Below, piece after piece: positions 30,418-40,639 of a DNA stretch of 64,000 nt. The stretch is taken from assembly GCA_046754105.1 (NCBI GenBank), contig JBHHVD010000001.1:32001-96000 (forward strand), in the 5' to 3' direction. Source of the DNA: Candidatus Krumholzibacteriia bacterium. Its GTDB lineage: Bacteria > Krumholzibacteriota > Krumholzibacteriia > WVZY01. Every line of letters starts with the position of its first letter. Position 1 is the first letter of the stretch. A program made the translations under genes and the position numbers. The notes beneath the pieces were generated by a model. That model did not search any database. It was not told the DNA's origin and saw only the letters and a list, made by a program, of their open reading frames with translations.

Positions 30418-32177
30418 TGCTCGTCGGCGCCTCCGGCGGGTTCGGCGGCGGCGGCCGTCTCCCCGTCTTCGGGTGTCCGGTCGGCTTTGGTGGTTCCATG
30501 AAGAAACTGTTCTTCCGTGTCCACCGGTAGCGCGACGGTGAAAGTGCTTCCCTCGCCGTACTCGCTCTCGACCGACAACCTGCCTTTGTGCAGCTCGACG
30601 ATGTGCTTGGCGAGGGCCAACCCGATACCCATCCCCCCCCATTTTCGCGAGCTCGAACCATCCAGCTGCTGAAAGGTCTCGAAGATCGTACTGAGCTTGT
30701 CGGTGCGGATACCGGGCCCGGTATCCTTTACCGACATGTAAATCTCACCCCTCCGTGACCCCGTGCGTACCGTTACCGATCCCCCGTGGTCGGTGAATTT
30801 CACCGCATTCTGAATGAGGCACGTAACAACCTGCAGCAGCTGGGTGTTGTCCAGATACATCACGGGCAAGTTGCCCCCCGGTTTCAACGTCAGCCGGACG
30901 CCTTTATCCTTCGCTCTTCTCTCCAACTGCGGCCACACGGACCTGATAACGTCGTGGATATGTGAGAGAGACATGGTCAGTCTGCGGGCGGATATCTCCA
31001 GTTTCGAAAGATCCAGGAGGTTGTTGATCAACATTAACAGCTGCTCACCGTTCTCCTCGATGACTTCGAGGAAGGTGTCGCGGTTCTTGGCCGACAGATC
31101 CGGATCCTTCAACGATTCCGTGTAGGCGATGATGATGCTCAACGGTGTTCGCAACTCGTGGCTGATGTTGGCAAGAAACTCGCTCTTCATCCGATCGACC
31201 TGCGTTAACTTGCGGTTGACCTCCTGCAGATTCTTGTTTTGATGAATAATTTGCTGCTCGAGCATACGACGTTGTGACACGTTGTGCGCGATCATCTGGA
31301 TAAACAGGTCATCCTTGAACTTGATGAGGTTTGCGTTTATGTCCACGTAGATGACCGCCCCGTCTCGACCGATCATCCGGCGGTCCAGAAACGCCCTTTC
31401 CTTCTCGCTCAGAACGTTTATGAAATCGCGGCGCGCCAGGTACTGGTCCTCTTGCGCGAAGAGATCGAAATACGACCTGTCGAGCAGTTCCCTTTTGGTA
31501 TACCCGAGCACGCTCTGGCATTTGCGGTTGACTTCGATGAGCCGTCCCGTGTTTCGATCGACGGTCATGATGATGTCGTTGGCCGTCTCCAGCAGAACCT
31601 TGTAGCGCCGGCTCAGCTCCTGCGCCTCGAGCCGGAGGAGCGTATGCTCGATGGCCAGGCTGGCGAAACTCGCGCAGTTCTGGAGCACCTCCAGGTCGTT
31701 GTCGCTGAAGGCATAGGGCCGGTAGCTGCCGACGTTCAAAGTGCCGATGAGCTCGCCCCTCAACGTCAAGGGCACGACCATATCGCTGCGCAGCGGCTCC
31801 TCGGTCACTACTTCCTCGAACTGACCGTGATCCCGAATGTCCAGGCGCACGAAGGGCTGGTTGTGAATCGCGACCCACCCAATGACTGAATCCTTGTTTA
31901 TGGGTATCTCGCGCCCGTCTCCGAATTTTTCCTCTTTATCGGAGCCCTTATGGATACTGCGGAGGATGAGCGCGTCCTTGCCCGGTGTCAAAAAGGCAAC
32001 GCTCGACCGATCGAAGTCGATTACACGCCCGACTTCGCGCGTGATAGAGGACAGAATCTGCTCGAGGTCGTTCGCCTCGATCATCGTGTTGGCAATCCTC
32101 ACGAAGGCGAGGAGTTGCTCGTTGAGGTTCGTAAGGGGGAATCGTATTTCCTTGTTACTCGTCGTGTCGTGCGGCAT
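30414..32177 (-). CDS. Cytoplasmic GAF-PAS sensor histidine kinase (no adjacent regulator)
   Basis: GAF (VVPL..GELIGTL), PAS, ISHELRTPL, NAVKFT, DTGPG, GMGIGL. Confidence 0.93.
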   Translation of the reverse strand: MPHDTTSNKEIRFPLTNLNEQLLAFVRIANTMIEANDLEQILSSITREVGRVIDFDRSSVAFLTPGKDALILRSIHKGSDKEEKFGDGREIPINKDSVIGWVAIHNQPFVRLDIRDHGQFEEVVTEEPLRSDMVVPLTLRGELIGTLNVGSYRPYAFSDNDLEVLQNCASFASLAIEHTLLRLEAQELSRRYKVLLETANDIIMTVDRNTGRLIEVNRKCQSVLGYTKRELLDRSYFDLFAQEDQYLARRDFINVLSEKERAFLDRRMIGRDGAVIYVDINANLIKFKDDLFIQMIAHNVSQRRMLEQQIIHQNKNLQEVNRKLTQVDRMKSEFLANISHELRTPLSIIIAYTESLKDPDLSAKNRDTFLEVIEENGEQLLMLINNLLDLSKLEISARRLTMSLSHIHDVIRSVWPQLERRAKDKGVRLTLKPGGNLPVMYLDNTQLLQVVTCLIQNAVKFTDHGGSVTVRTGSRRGEIYMSVKDTGPGIRTDKLSTIFETFQQLDGSSSRKWGGMGIGLALAKHIVELHKGRLSVESEYGEGSTFTVALPVDTEEQFLHGTTKADRTPEDGETAAAAEPAGGADEH

Positions 32178-32299
32178 CGGTTACCTTTGCATGACTCCTG
32201 AGCTATTTTGCACAGCAAACCGGGCGTAGTGGTTTGCAAGCCCCTTATTGGCAACGTGTTACTAAACCACCCCAACGGAACAGCAGGAAGCGTTCCAAT

Positions 32300-32328
32300 T
32301 TGAAACCAACCACTTATTCCGCTAGAAT
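32300..32328 (+). promoter_or_regulatory. Sigma-70-type promoter giving a near-leaderless transcript
   Basis: TTGAAA-N17-TAGAAT ends 10 nt before ATG 32339; no SD sequence. Confidence 0.5.
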
Positions 32329-32338
32329 ACGTTGACTT

Positions 32339-34285
32339 ATGGGAAAGTCAGAGCGCAAAAAGAAGCGCCGCAGCGGCCGTGTTGCCGCGTCTCCACGGCC
32401 GGACGCCTCTCAGAGGCTGCGGGCAAGACAGCCGTTCCACCGGGGCGAAATACGAGTACTGGCGATTTTGTTCGTCGCGGCGCTGGTGCTCCGCCTCGCG
32501 TATTTTTTCGTCAACCGTCACGGCAACCCCCTCTTCTACTACCCAATCCTCGACTCTCTCTTTCATCACCAGTGGGCGGGGAAGATTTTGTCCGGGGATT
32601 TCTGGGGCCAGGAGGTGTTTTTTCGCGCGCCGCTCTACCCGTACACACTCGCACTCCTCTACAAGCTGAGCGGCTCCAGTATCGCCTTCGCCGTGCTGTG
32701 CCAGCACGTGACCGGCGCGCTGAGCGTCGTTCTCGTCTACCTGCTGTCGCGGGAGTTCTTCACGGCCCGCGTGGCTGTCTTGTCGGGTTCGCTGGCCGCG
32801 CTCTACTGGCCGCTGGTCTATTTCGAGGGGAGCCTGCTCATCGTCACGATGATCGTGTTTCTCGACCTGCTTGCACTGCTGCTGCTCCAAATGTCCATAC
32901 GCCGACCGCGCTTCGGGTTACTCCTGGCGGCCGGAGCGGTGTTCGGCCTGTCGGCCGTGGCGCGTCCGAGTATTCTGATTGTCGCTCCGTTGATTCCGCT
33001 GGTGCTCTATCTCACACGGCGCTCCGCCGCGCATGCCGCGGAAGCAGCCAACCAGCCGTGGCGAAGGCGAAGCGCCGTCGTGCTCGCAGGGATAGTGGCC
33101 GTCGTAACACCCGTCCTCGTAAGAAACTACGTCGTCGGCCGCGACGTGGTGCCGATCGCTTCCCAAGGGGGAGTGAACTTTTTTATCGGCAACAACCCGC
33201 TGTCCAACGGCAGCCAGGCGGTCGTACCTGGGGCGAGGGCCGACCTGTACGGGACGTTTCACGGTGCGATCGAACTCGCCGAGCGTGATGTCGGCCGGCG
33301 GATGAAGCCGTCCGAGGTCTCCAATTATTACTTCAAGAAGGGTTTTGGTTTTGTCTTTGGATCACCGGTCGAATCCGCATCACTTGCCTTCAAGAAGCTC
33401 TATTTTTTCTGGGCCGGTGTGGAGCGGTCCAACAACCAGTATGTCCAGTTCTTCTGGCGCCGATTCGGCCTGGGTAAGTTGCCGCTGCCCGGGTTCTGGC
33501 TGATCGGACCACTGGCGCTGATGGGGGGCGTGGTGTTGTGGCGGCAGCGGCGGGAACTGTCATTGCTCTATCTCTTTGTCATCAGTTATATGGTCGGTGT
33601 CGTGGCGTTCTTCGTCAACGCCCGTTTCCGGCTACCGGTCGCGCCGGTCCTGATGATTTTTGCCGCATATGCGATGTGCTACCTGTTCCACGCGTTTCGT
33701 TACGACCGTGGGACGCTATGGAAATCGATCGGGGTTCTCGTGGCGTGCGGCCTCTTTGTGAATTATGACTACGTGGCCTTCCGAGGGGTTCGCGCTCTGG
33801 ATGAAGCGGTATCCTGGTACGAACTGGGCACCGCCTACCTCAAGATGGACAAGGACAACTCCGCCCTGGGGGCGTTCGAAAAGGCCCGCGGCGTCCAGGA
33901 AAAATATCCGACCCGCGGATACGGCCAGATATCAGACATCGTCGACTACAACCTCGGTGTCCTGTACTGGGAAAAGGGTCTCTATTCGAGGGCCATACCG
34001 GCCCTCGAGCGCATCCAAAATGAGGAGGCGGCCGCGCGCAGCACGCGGCACATCCTCGCCGACAGCTATCTGAACACGGGACGTTTGCAGGAGGCGCAAG
34101 CCACGTACTTGCGAATACTGAGCACGACCCCGGACGACCGGCAGGGGCTCGTCGGGATGGCGAGGGTGTACAAGAAGCTCGGCGAGCCGGGCAAGACCGA
34201 CGAGATCGTTCGCAGGCTGCGATCGCTCTATCCGGGTGACCGCGGGCTTGCCAAGGAGTTGCAGGAGTTGGAGAGCGGCCGGTAG
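32339..34285 (+). CDS. GT-C (GT39/ArnT-like) glycosyltransferase with C-terminal TPRs, paralog 1
   Basis: PILDSLFHHQWA, FFRAPLYPY, ARP, GGVNFFIGNNP, FFVNARFRLP, TPR tail. Confidence 0.85.
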   Translation: MGKSERKKKRRSGRVAASPRPDASQRLRARQPFHRGEIRVLAILFVAALVLRLAYFFVNRHGNPLFYYPILDSLFHHQWAGKILSGDFWGQEVFFRAPLYPYTLALLYKLSGSSIAFAVLCQHVTGALSVVLVYLLSREFFTARVAVLSGSLAALYWPLVYFEGSLLIVTMIVFLDLLALLLLQMSIRRPRFGLLLAAGAVFGLSAVARPSILIVAPLIPLVLYLTRRSAAHAAEAANQPWRRRSAVVLAGIVAVVTPVLVRNYVVGRDVVPIASQGGVNFFIGNNPLSNGSQAVVPGARADLYGTFHGAIELAERDVGRRMKPSEVSNYYFKKGFGFVFGSPVESASLAFKKLYFFWAGVERSNNQYVQFFWRRFGLGKLPLPGFWLIGPLALMGGVVLWRQRRELSLLYLFVISYMVGVVAFFVNARFRLPVAPVLMIFAAYAMCYLFHAFRYDRGTLWKSIGVLVACGLFVNYDYVAFRGVRALDEAVSWYELGTAYLKMDKDNSALGAFEKARGVQEKYPTRGYGQISDIVDYNLGVLYWEKGLYSRAIPALERIQNEEAAARSTRHILADSYLNTGRLQEAQATYLRILSTTPDDRQGLVGMARVYKKLGEPGKTDEIVRRLRSLYPGDRGLAKELQELESGR

Positions 34286-34302
34286 CGGCGGGAGACCCGA
34301 CG

Positions 34303-36246
34303 GTGGCAAAACGATCCAGAAAAAGGAAGCAGGCCGCACGGGCGGCCGCAGCGGCGCCGTTCGACGGGCTCGATCCGCCGGCCGGCTTCGGCCGCGCCGA
34401 CGGCCGGAACGTCGCCATCGTCGCGGGGCTGGCGCTTGCGGTACGCCTTGTTTTCTTCTTTCTCAGCCGGGCAAACAATCCTCTCTTCTTCAACCCGATC
34501 ATGGACGGGCTTTACCATCACCAGTGGGCCACGGATATTCTGGGCGGGAATTTCCGGGGCACGGAGGTTTTTTTCCGCGCGCCGCTCTACCCCTATTTTC
34601 TGGCTCTGCTCTACAAGGTTTCCGGTTCGAGTATCGCGTTTGCGCTGTTGTGCCAGCATCTGATCGGCACCGGCACGGCGGTGCTCGCCTACCTGCTTTC
34701 CCGCCGGTTTTTCACCCGCAATATCTCGCTGCTCGCCGGCGCCACCGCGGCGCTCTACTGGCCGTTTCTCTATTTCGAAGGCGACCTGCTGATCGTCACC
34801 CTCGTCATGTTTCTCAACATGCTCGCGCTCCTGCTCCTGACCGGACGGCCCGGCGGTGCTGCCGTGCCCGTCATCGCCGGTCTCGTGCTGGGGCTGTCCG
34901 CCATCGCGCGTCCGAGCGTGCTGGTTTTTCTGCCCGTCGTGCCGCTCGCGATTCATCTGGGGGGGCGCAACGGGGGAGCCGCGGCGTCACATCGCTGGCT
35001 GCGGCGGAGCCTGCTCGTGTACGCGGGAGCTGCCATCGTAATCACGCCGGTACTGATCCGAAACTACGTCGTCGGGCGGGATTTCGTCCCCATTGCCTCC
35101 CAGGGAGGCGTGAATTTCTATATCGGCAACAATCCCGGCTCCGACGGCGCCACCGCCATCGTCCCGGGAACGAGATGGGACTGGTGGGGAGGCTACGAGG
35201 ACGCGATCCGCCTCGCCGAGAAGGACCGGGGGAGACCCCTGAAACCATCGCAGGTATCCAACTACTATTTCCGAAAGGGATTCGGCTTCATCCTCTCCTC
35301 ACCGGGGAAGTCGCTGCCGCTGCTCGCGAAGAAATTCTACATGTTCTGGGCCGGAGGCGAGCGATCCAACAACAAGTCGGTTTATTTCTTCTGGCATCAA
35401 TCGGGAATGGGAAAAGTGCCGCTGCCGGGGTTCTGGCTCGTCGCGCCCCTGGGCATCCTGGGCGGAATCCTCTTGTGGGGAAAGCGGCCCGGTTTGTGGA
35501 TGCTCCATCTGTTTGTTATCAGTTATATGCTGGGCGTCGTTGCGTTTTTCGTCAACGCGAGGTTCCGGCTGCCGGTCGTGCCGGTGTTGATCGTTTTCGC
35601 AGCCTACGCGGCCTCGTACCTGTGGCACACCGTCCGCGCGGGCGGCGCTGCGGGCGTAAAAGGGGCAATCCTGCTCGTGCTTTGTTTCCTCGCCGTCGAT
35701 CTCGAATTTACCCGCTTTCGCGAAAACAAGGTGCATGCCCTGTCGATTCCCCACTACACGCTCGGTAACGCGTACCTGAAGATGGACGACCCGCGAAACG
35801 CCATTCGTGAGTACGAGGAAGCGCTGCGGACATATCGCGCGTACCGACTGCCGGGTTTCGAGCTCATCTCGCGCAACGTCATCTACAATCTCGGACGGCT
35901 CTACTGGTCGCAGGGAAACTGCGCGCGCGCCATCGATTACCTGGAACGCGTGGGGGGCGACGATCGCTTCACCGCGATGGCCAACGTCTGTCTCGCCGAC
36001 TGCTACGTACAGGTGAGCCGCTTCCGGGACGCGATCCGTCTCTACGGGCAGATCCTCACGGCCGCCCCGCAAACGGCGGGAGCCCGCACGGGTCTGGTAA
36101 GCGCGCTGCTGGGCCAGGCCAGGGTCCACCGTCGCGCGGGGAGCACGCAAAAGGCGCTCGAGTATTACAGCCGGGCCAGGGAGGTCGATCCCGGCAACTC
36201 CTCGATAGAGAGTGAAATCCGGTCATTGGAATCGGACGGCCAATGA
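34303..36246 (+). CDS. GT-C glycosyltransferase with C-terminal TPRs, paralog 2
   Basis: PIMDGLYHHQWA, FFRAPLYPY, GGVNFYIGNNP, FFVNARFRLP; collinear with the preceding gene. Confidence 0.85.
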   Translation: MAKRSRKRKQAARAAAAAPFDGLDPPAGFGRADGRNVAIVAGLALAVRLVFFFLSRANNPLFFNPIMDGLYHHQWATDILGGNFRGTEVFFRAPLYPYFLALLYKVSGSSIAFALLCQHLIGTGTAVLAYLLSRRFFTRNISLLAGATAALYWPFLYFEGDLLIVTLVMFLNMLALLLLTGRPGGAAVPVIAGLVLGLSAIARPSVLVFLPVVPLAIHLGGRNGGAAASHRWLRRSLLVYAGAAIVITPVLIRNYVVGRDFVPIASQGGVNFYIGNNPGSDGATAIVPGTRWDWWGGYEDAIRLAEKDRGRPLKPSQVSNYYFRKGFGFILSSPGKSLPLLAKKFYMFWAGGERSNNKSVYFFWHQSGMGKVPLPGFWLVAPLGILGGILLWGKRPGLWMLHLFVISYMLGVVAFFVNARFRLPVVPVLIVFAAYAASYLWHTVRAGGAAGVKGAILLVLCFLAVDLEFTRFRENKVHALSIPHYTLGNAYLKMDDPRNAIREYEEALRTYRAYRLPGFELISRNVIYNLGRLYWSQGNCARAIDYLERVGGDDRFTAMANVCLADCYVQVSRFRDAIRLYGQILTAAPQTAGARTGLVSALLGQARVHRRAGSTQKALEYYSRAREVDPGNSSIESEIRSLESDGQ

Positions 36247-37193
36247 GACCCCGGGCAGACGCGCCGCGTATCGCCGTCATCGAGATTGGCACCAACTCAA
36301 CCAAACTCGTGGTGGCGCAGGAGACGGGCGGAGGTAGTTTTCGCGTCCTCCACTTTTCGAGACGAACCACGCGCATCGGGCGCGGACTGGGCCGGGGTGG
36401 AAAGCTCTCAGCCCGCGCCGTCGAGGACACCGCCCGCGCCATTGGCAAGTTCCAGAAACACGTTACGACTTGCAAGCACCGTTTTGCATTCGGCACCTAC
36501 GCGCTGCGCAAGGCGCGGTTGACAGCACGTGCCACTCGCCGCCTGCGGGGCGCCCTCGGATGTCCCCTGAAGATTCTCACCGGACGGGAAGAGGCCCACC
36601 TTGCGTTCCGGAGCGCGCGGCACGGGTTGCGTTTATCGAAACCGGCGGCCGTGCTGGTCGACGTCGGCGGTGGTTCGACGGAAGTGGTCCTCGCCGTGAG
36701 TGGCCGGGTCGTGTGCACGCGCTCCCTTCCACTCGGCGCCCTTCATCTGACCGAGCGCTTTCTGGCGAGCGATCCGGTCGCGCCGAACGAGTTTTCCGCG
36801 ATGGAAAGACACATCCGCTCCAGAGTCGAATCGGCATTCCGCAGCATGGCCGTCGATCGCTGCCCTCCCGGCGGGCTGGAGATGGTCGCGTCGGGCGGAG
36901 CCGTGACGACGGCCGCCGGGCTTACCGGCGGCGATCCTTTCCGTGCGGGAACGACCGTGCGCGTGGGTGACGTGTCCACGTTGCTGCGGCGTCTGCTGGC
37001 GATGTCGGTCGCAGCACGGAGACAACTCCCGGGTCTCGAACCGGACCGGGCCGATATAATACCCGCCGGTCTCGCCCTGATCCGCGAGTTTTTGCGTGGC
37101 ACGGGCAAACGCGTGCTGCGGATAGACCCGGGCGGCGTGAGGGAAGGGGCGGTGCTACACCTCATCGAAAATGGTTTTCGATGGCAGGCATGA
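36243..37193 (+). CDS. Ppx/GppA phosphatase family protein
   Basis: EIGTNS, GREEA, DVGGGSTE, RADII, GVREG. Confidence 0.9.
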   Translation: MRPRADAPRIAVIEIGTNSTKLVVAQETGGGSFRVLHFSRRTTRIGRGLGRGGKLSARAVEDTARAIGKFQKHVTTCKHRFAFGTYALRKARLTARATRRLRGALGCPLKILTGREEAHLAFRSARHGLRLSKPAAVLVDVGGGSTEVVLAVSGRVVCTRSLPLGALHLTERFLASDPVAPNEFSAMERHIRSRVESAFRSMAVDRCPPGGLEMVASGGAVTTAAGLTGGDPFRAGTTVRVGDVSTLLRRLLAMSVAARRQLPGLEPDRADIIPAGLALIREFLRGTGKRVLRIDPGGVREGAVLHLIENGFRWQA

Positions 37194-37881
37194 AGCCCCG
37201 CCAGGGCTGCGACCGCGGCGGGGCGGCCGCTAATCGAACCTGCATGTCGCGGGTGGGGTGCTGGACGGTGAGGACGGCGGCATGGAGTGCGATGGACCGC
37301 CCGGGAATCGGCTCGCGGGCGCCGTACTTGAGGTCCCCCGCGACCGGATGTCCCATGTCGGCCAGTTGCAGGCGGATCTGGTGATGACGCCCCGTGCCGG
37401 GTGTGACCTCGAGCAGGGTGTGGTCGCGCTTCCGCTCGAGCACCCGGTAGGAGAGAACGGACGGTTTGGCGTCGGCACCCGGCCCGGACTCGATACGTGA
37501 CTTCAAGTGGGTCCTCTTGATGAACGCTTCGAGTCGTCCCTCGTTCGCCGCCACGCGGCCGACCACGACCGCAAGATACGTTTTTTCAACCCGCCGCATT
37601 TGAAACTCGCGGGTCAGGCGCGACGCTGCTTTCGACGTACGGGCGAAAAGAACGACCCCGGACACCGGCCGGTCGATCCGGTGCACCAGCCCCAGGAACA
37701 CGTTACCCGGCTTGTCATACTTCTGCTTGAGGTATGCCCTCCCCGCTTCGAGCAGGGTAGGGTCCCCCGTCCTGTCCCCCTGGACCAGGACCCCGGCCGG
37801 CTTTTCCACACCGAGCAGGTGGTTGTCCTCGTAAAGCACCCGGAGGCGTACGGGGCTTTTTCTATCTTCGGATTGGGCCAT
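37162..37881 (-). CDS. RluA family RNA pseudouridine synthase
   Basis: KPAG, HRIDRPVSG, TGRHHQIR, GDLKYG, LHA. Confidence 0.95.
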   Translation of the reverse strand: MAQSEDRKSPVRLRVLYEDNHLLGVEKPAGVLVQGDRTGDPTLLEAGRAYLKQKYDKPGNVFLGLVHRIDRPVSGVVLFARTSKAASRLTREFQMRRVEKTYLAVVVGRVAANEGRLEAFIKRTHLKSRIESGPGADAKPSVLSYRVLERKRDHTLLEVTPGTGRHHQIRLQLADMGHPVAGDLKYGAREPIPGRSIALHAAVLTVQHPTRDMQVRLAAAPPRSQPWRGFMPAIENHFR

Positions 37882-37929
37882 TGACAGTCCCGGGGTTGCA
37901 GGCTATACTAACGATTGAACAGCTGTTCA
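37881..37929 (+). promoter_or_regulatory. Sigma-70 promoter plus ArsR/SmtB-type operator
   Basis: TTGACA-N17-TATACT (37881-37909), then the perfect palindrome TGAACAGCTGTTCA (37916-37929), matching the SmtB/CzrA TGAA-N6-TTCA core. Confidence 0.85.
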
Positions 37930-37960
37930 TATGTTAAACTGTTCTCCACAGGGACAATCG

Positions 37961-38344
37961 ATGGATAACCTAATAAAAAACAAGAAGATAGAAAGCTCCA
38001 CCGACACGTGTGAAGTGCCGTTTGTCGACGAGGTCCGGGTGGCCGCGGTGCGGGCCGTGATGAAACCGCAAGCGGTGTTTCATTCGATGGCCGAGATCTT
38101 CAAGGCGCTCTCTGACCCCACCCGGGTGCGGATACTCTACGCGCTCTCCGTGCGGGAGTTGTGCGTGTGTGACCTCGCCAATCTGCTCGGCCGTTCCAGT
38201 TCGTCCATCTCGCACCAGCTGCGACTTCTCCGCCACATGAAGCTCGTGAGATTCAGGAAGGCGGGCAAGAGCACCTACTACTCGCTGGACGACGAGCACA
38301 TTCACAACCTCTTCCGTGAAGGATTAAAGCACGCCGAGGAGTAG
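37961..38344 (+). CDS. ArsR/SmtB family metal-sensing repressor (CadC/ZiaR-like)
   Basis: [28 protein letters not shown]; alpha5-type DDEHI..LKHAEE. Confidence 0.95.
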   Translation: MDNLIKNKKIESSTDTCEVPFVDEVRVAAVRAVMKPQAVFHSMAEIFKALSDPTRVRILYALSVRELCVCDLANLLGRSSSSISHQLRLLRHMKLVRFRKAGKSTYYSLDDEHIHNLFREGLKHAEE

Positions 38345-38393
38345 TTTTCCTCCGAAAACTCCCCGCCTGCTGCCCGGAACCCTGGAATCGATC

Positions 38394-40499
38394 ATGCCCG
38401 AAAATTCCATAACCGTACAATTCGATATCGAGGGCCTGTGCTGCAACGATGACCAGGCCCTCATCGAGAAGAAAATGCGCGCGCTCGGCGGCGTCCGCGC
38501 GTGCGACGTCAACATCGTCAGCCAGGTACTGCGCGTGGAATACGACCCGGGCCGGCTGTCCCCACAGAGCATCATCAAGTCGGTTGCCGAAACGGGGATG
38601 AAGGCGCTCGCCGCCGACCGGCGGCATCCGCGGCCCGCGTGGTGGCGTGAACGCCGCGTCCTCCTGCTCGTGCTCTCGGGGCTCCTTACCGGCGCGGGTC
38701 TGATCACCGCGGCGGCGGGCGCCCACGTGTGGATCGCCCGATCACTCTACGCGCTCGGCATTGCGGCCGGCGGTTTTTACCCGGTTCGATCCGGTCTCTC
38801 GGCGGCACGGTCCTTTTCCATGAACATCAATACCCTGCTCATACTGGGTGTGGTCGGCGCGGTGGGCCTGGACTTGTGGGCGGAGGCTGCGGTCCTCGTC
38901 GTCGTGTACTCGCTGGGTAACGTGCTGGAGACCTTCGTCGTCCGCAAGGCGAGAGGAGCGATCAAGTCGTTTGTCCAGCTGATGCCCAGGGAGGCCCTGG
39001 TCATTCGGGGAAGGAACGAGTCGCTCGTGGCGACGAAAGACCTGCGGGTGGGCGATACGGTGCGCGTTCGCCCGGGGGAAAAGATCCCGGTAGACGGCAC
39101 GGTGATCGACGGCGAGTCCTACGTCGACGAATCGGCGGTCACCGGCGAACCGGTGCCGCTGCGCAAGACCGGCGGGCGGCGAGTGTTCGCCGGCACGATG
39201 AACCAGCAGGGTTCGTTCACCGCCCGCGTCGACAAGGAGGTGGAGGACACGACCCTCGCCAGGATCATCCACTCCGTCGAAGAAGCGCAAACCAGGAAGT
39301 CGCGCTACCAGCTCTTCGGCGAACGGTTCTCGCGCGTTTACACACCGGTGATGTTCCTGCTGGGTGCGATCGTGGCCGTGGTGCCGCCTCTGCTCTTCGG
39401 CGCCGCCTGGCAGGATTGGATCTACCGGGCGCTCGTGGTGTTTGTCGTATCGTGTTCGTGCGGGATCGCTCTGTCGGTGCCCGTGGCCGTCGTTGCGGCC
39501 GTCGGCAACGCGGCCCGTCACGGTATCTTGATGAAGGGCGGTCTCTACCTGGAGAAGACGGCACGAATAAAGGTCGTGGCCTTCGACAAGACCGGCACGC
39601 TCACCATCGGCAGGCCTTCGTTGCAACACGTCGTCACCGGCGACGGCGCATCGGGAGAGGAAATCCTGTCGCTGGCCGCTTCGATGGAATCCATGTCGGA
39701 ACACCCCCTCGGAGAGGCCATCGTCCGCAGGGCGAGGGAATCGGACGTGTACCGCGACCGGAAGGTGTCTGATTTCGAAGCCGTCCCCGGCCGTGGTGTC
39801 CGCGCGCGTGTCGACGGGCACGAGTACCTCCTGGGCAATCGAAGGTTTTTCGAGGAGGCGCGCGTCGCCCTCGGCGGACTGGCAGCGGCCATCGCGGACT
39901 TCGAGTCGCAAGCGCACACGCCCGTCATTTTCGGCACGCGGCAGAGCGTGCTGGGCGTGTTCGCCATTTCCGATTCGTTGAAGCTCGAGTCCCGGGACTC
40001 GGTGGCCCGGCTCAAGGCGCGCGGGCTGCGGGTCACCATGCTGACCGGGGATACGGCAGGCACGGCCGCGGCGGTGGCACTCTCCGCGGGTATCGGTCGT
40101 TACCGCTCGGAGCTCCTGCCGCAAGACAAGATCCGCGCCGTGACCGAGATCCAGGGCACCGTCGGCGCCGTGATGATGGTGGGAGACGGCATCAACGACG
40201 CCCCCGCCATGGCCGTGGCCGACATCGGCGTTGCGATGGGCGCGGCCGGCACGGACGTGGCGATGGAAACCGGCGATGTCGTGCTCCTCACCGACGATCT
40301 GTCGCGCCTGCACCGGCTCTTCGGGCTGGGTCGCCGGACGGTGCGCACCATCCACCAGAATATCTTCTTTTCCCTCTTCGTAATCGCAGTTCTGGTGCCC
40401 GCCGCGCTCTTCGGGCGGATCGATTTGCTGTCCGGACTGCTGATCAACGAGGGGGGCGCCATCCTCGTTATTCTGAACGGGTTGAGGCTTCTGAAGTGA
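38394..40499 (+). CDS. Heavy-metal translocating P1B-type ATPase
   Basis: N-terminal HMA-like domain (GLCCNDD), [23 protein letters not shown]. Confidence 0.95.
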   Translation: MPENSITVQFDIEGLCCNDDQALIEKKMRALGGVRACDVNIVSQVLRVEYDPGRLSPQSIIKSVAETGMKALAADRRHPRPAWWRERRVLLLVLSGLLTGAGLITAAAGAHVWIARSLYALGIAAGGFYPVRSGLSAARSFSMNINTLLILGVVGAVGLDLWAEAAVLVVVYSLGNVLETFVVRKARGAIKSFVQLMPREALVIRGRNESLVATKDLRVGDTVRVRPGEKIPVDGTVIDGESYVDESAVTGEPVPLRKTGGRRVFAGTMNQQGSFTARVDKEVEDTTLARIIHSVEEAQTRKSRYQLFGERFSRVYTPVMFLLGAIVAVVPPLLFGAAWQDWIYRALVVFVVSCSCGIALSVPVAVVAAVGNAARHGILMKGGLYLEKTARIKVVAFDKTGTLTIGRPSLQHVVTGDGASGEEILSLAASMESMSEHPLGEAIVRRARESDVYRDRKVSDFEAVPGRGVRARVDGHEYLLGNRRFFEEARVALGGLAAAIADFESQAHTPVIFGTRQSVLGVFAISDSLKLESRDSVARLKARGLRVTMLTGDTAGTAAAVALSAGIGRYRSELLPQDKIRAVTEIQGTVGAVMMVGDGINDAPAMAVADIGVAMGAAGTDVAMETGDVVLLTDDLSRLHRLFGLGRRTVRTIHQNIFFSLFVIAVLVPAALFGRIDLLSGLLINEGGAILVILNGLRLLK

Positions 40500-40639
40500 G
40501 CGCCGCCCGCCGCACATCGTATGCACGGTGGCCGCGCCGGCCCGCCGGGCAGAGCAGACGGTCGCCGCCGCGCGTGCCGCCGACGATTTGTACCGTGCAA
40601 TGACGAACGGCCTGCCGAGTAGCAGCACCAGAACACGGG

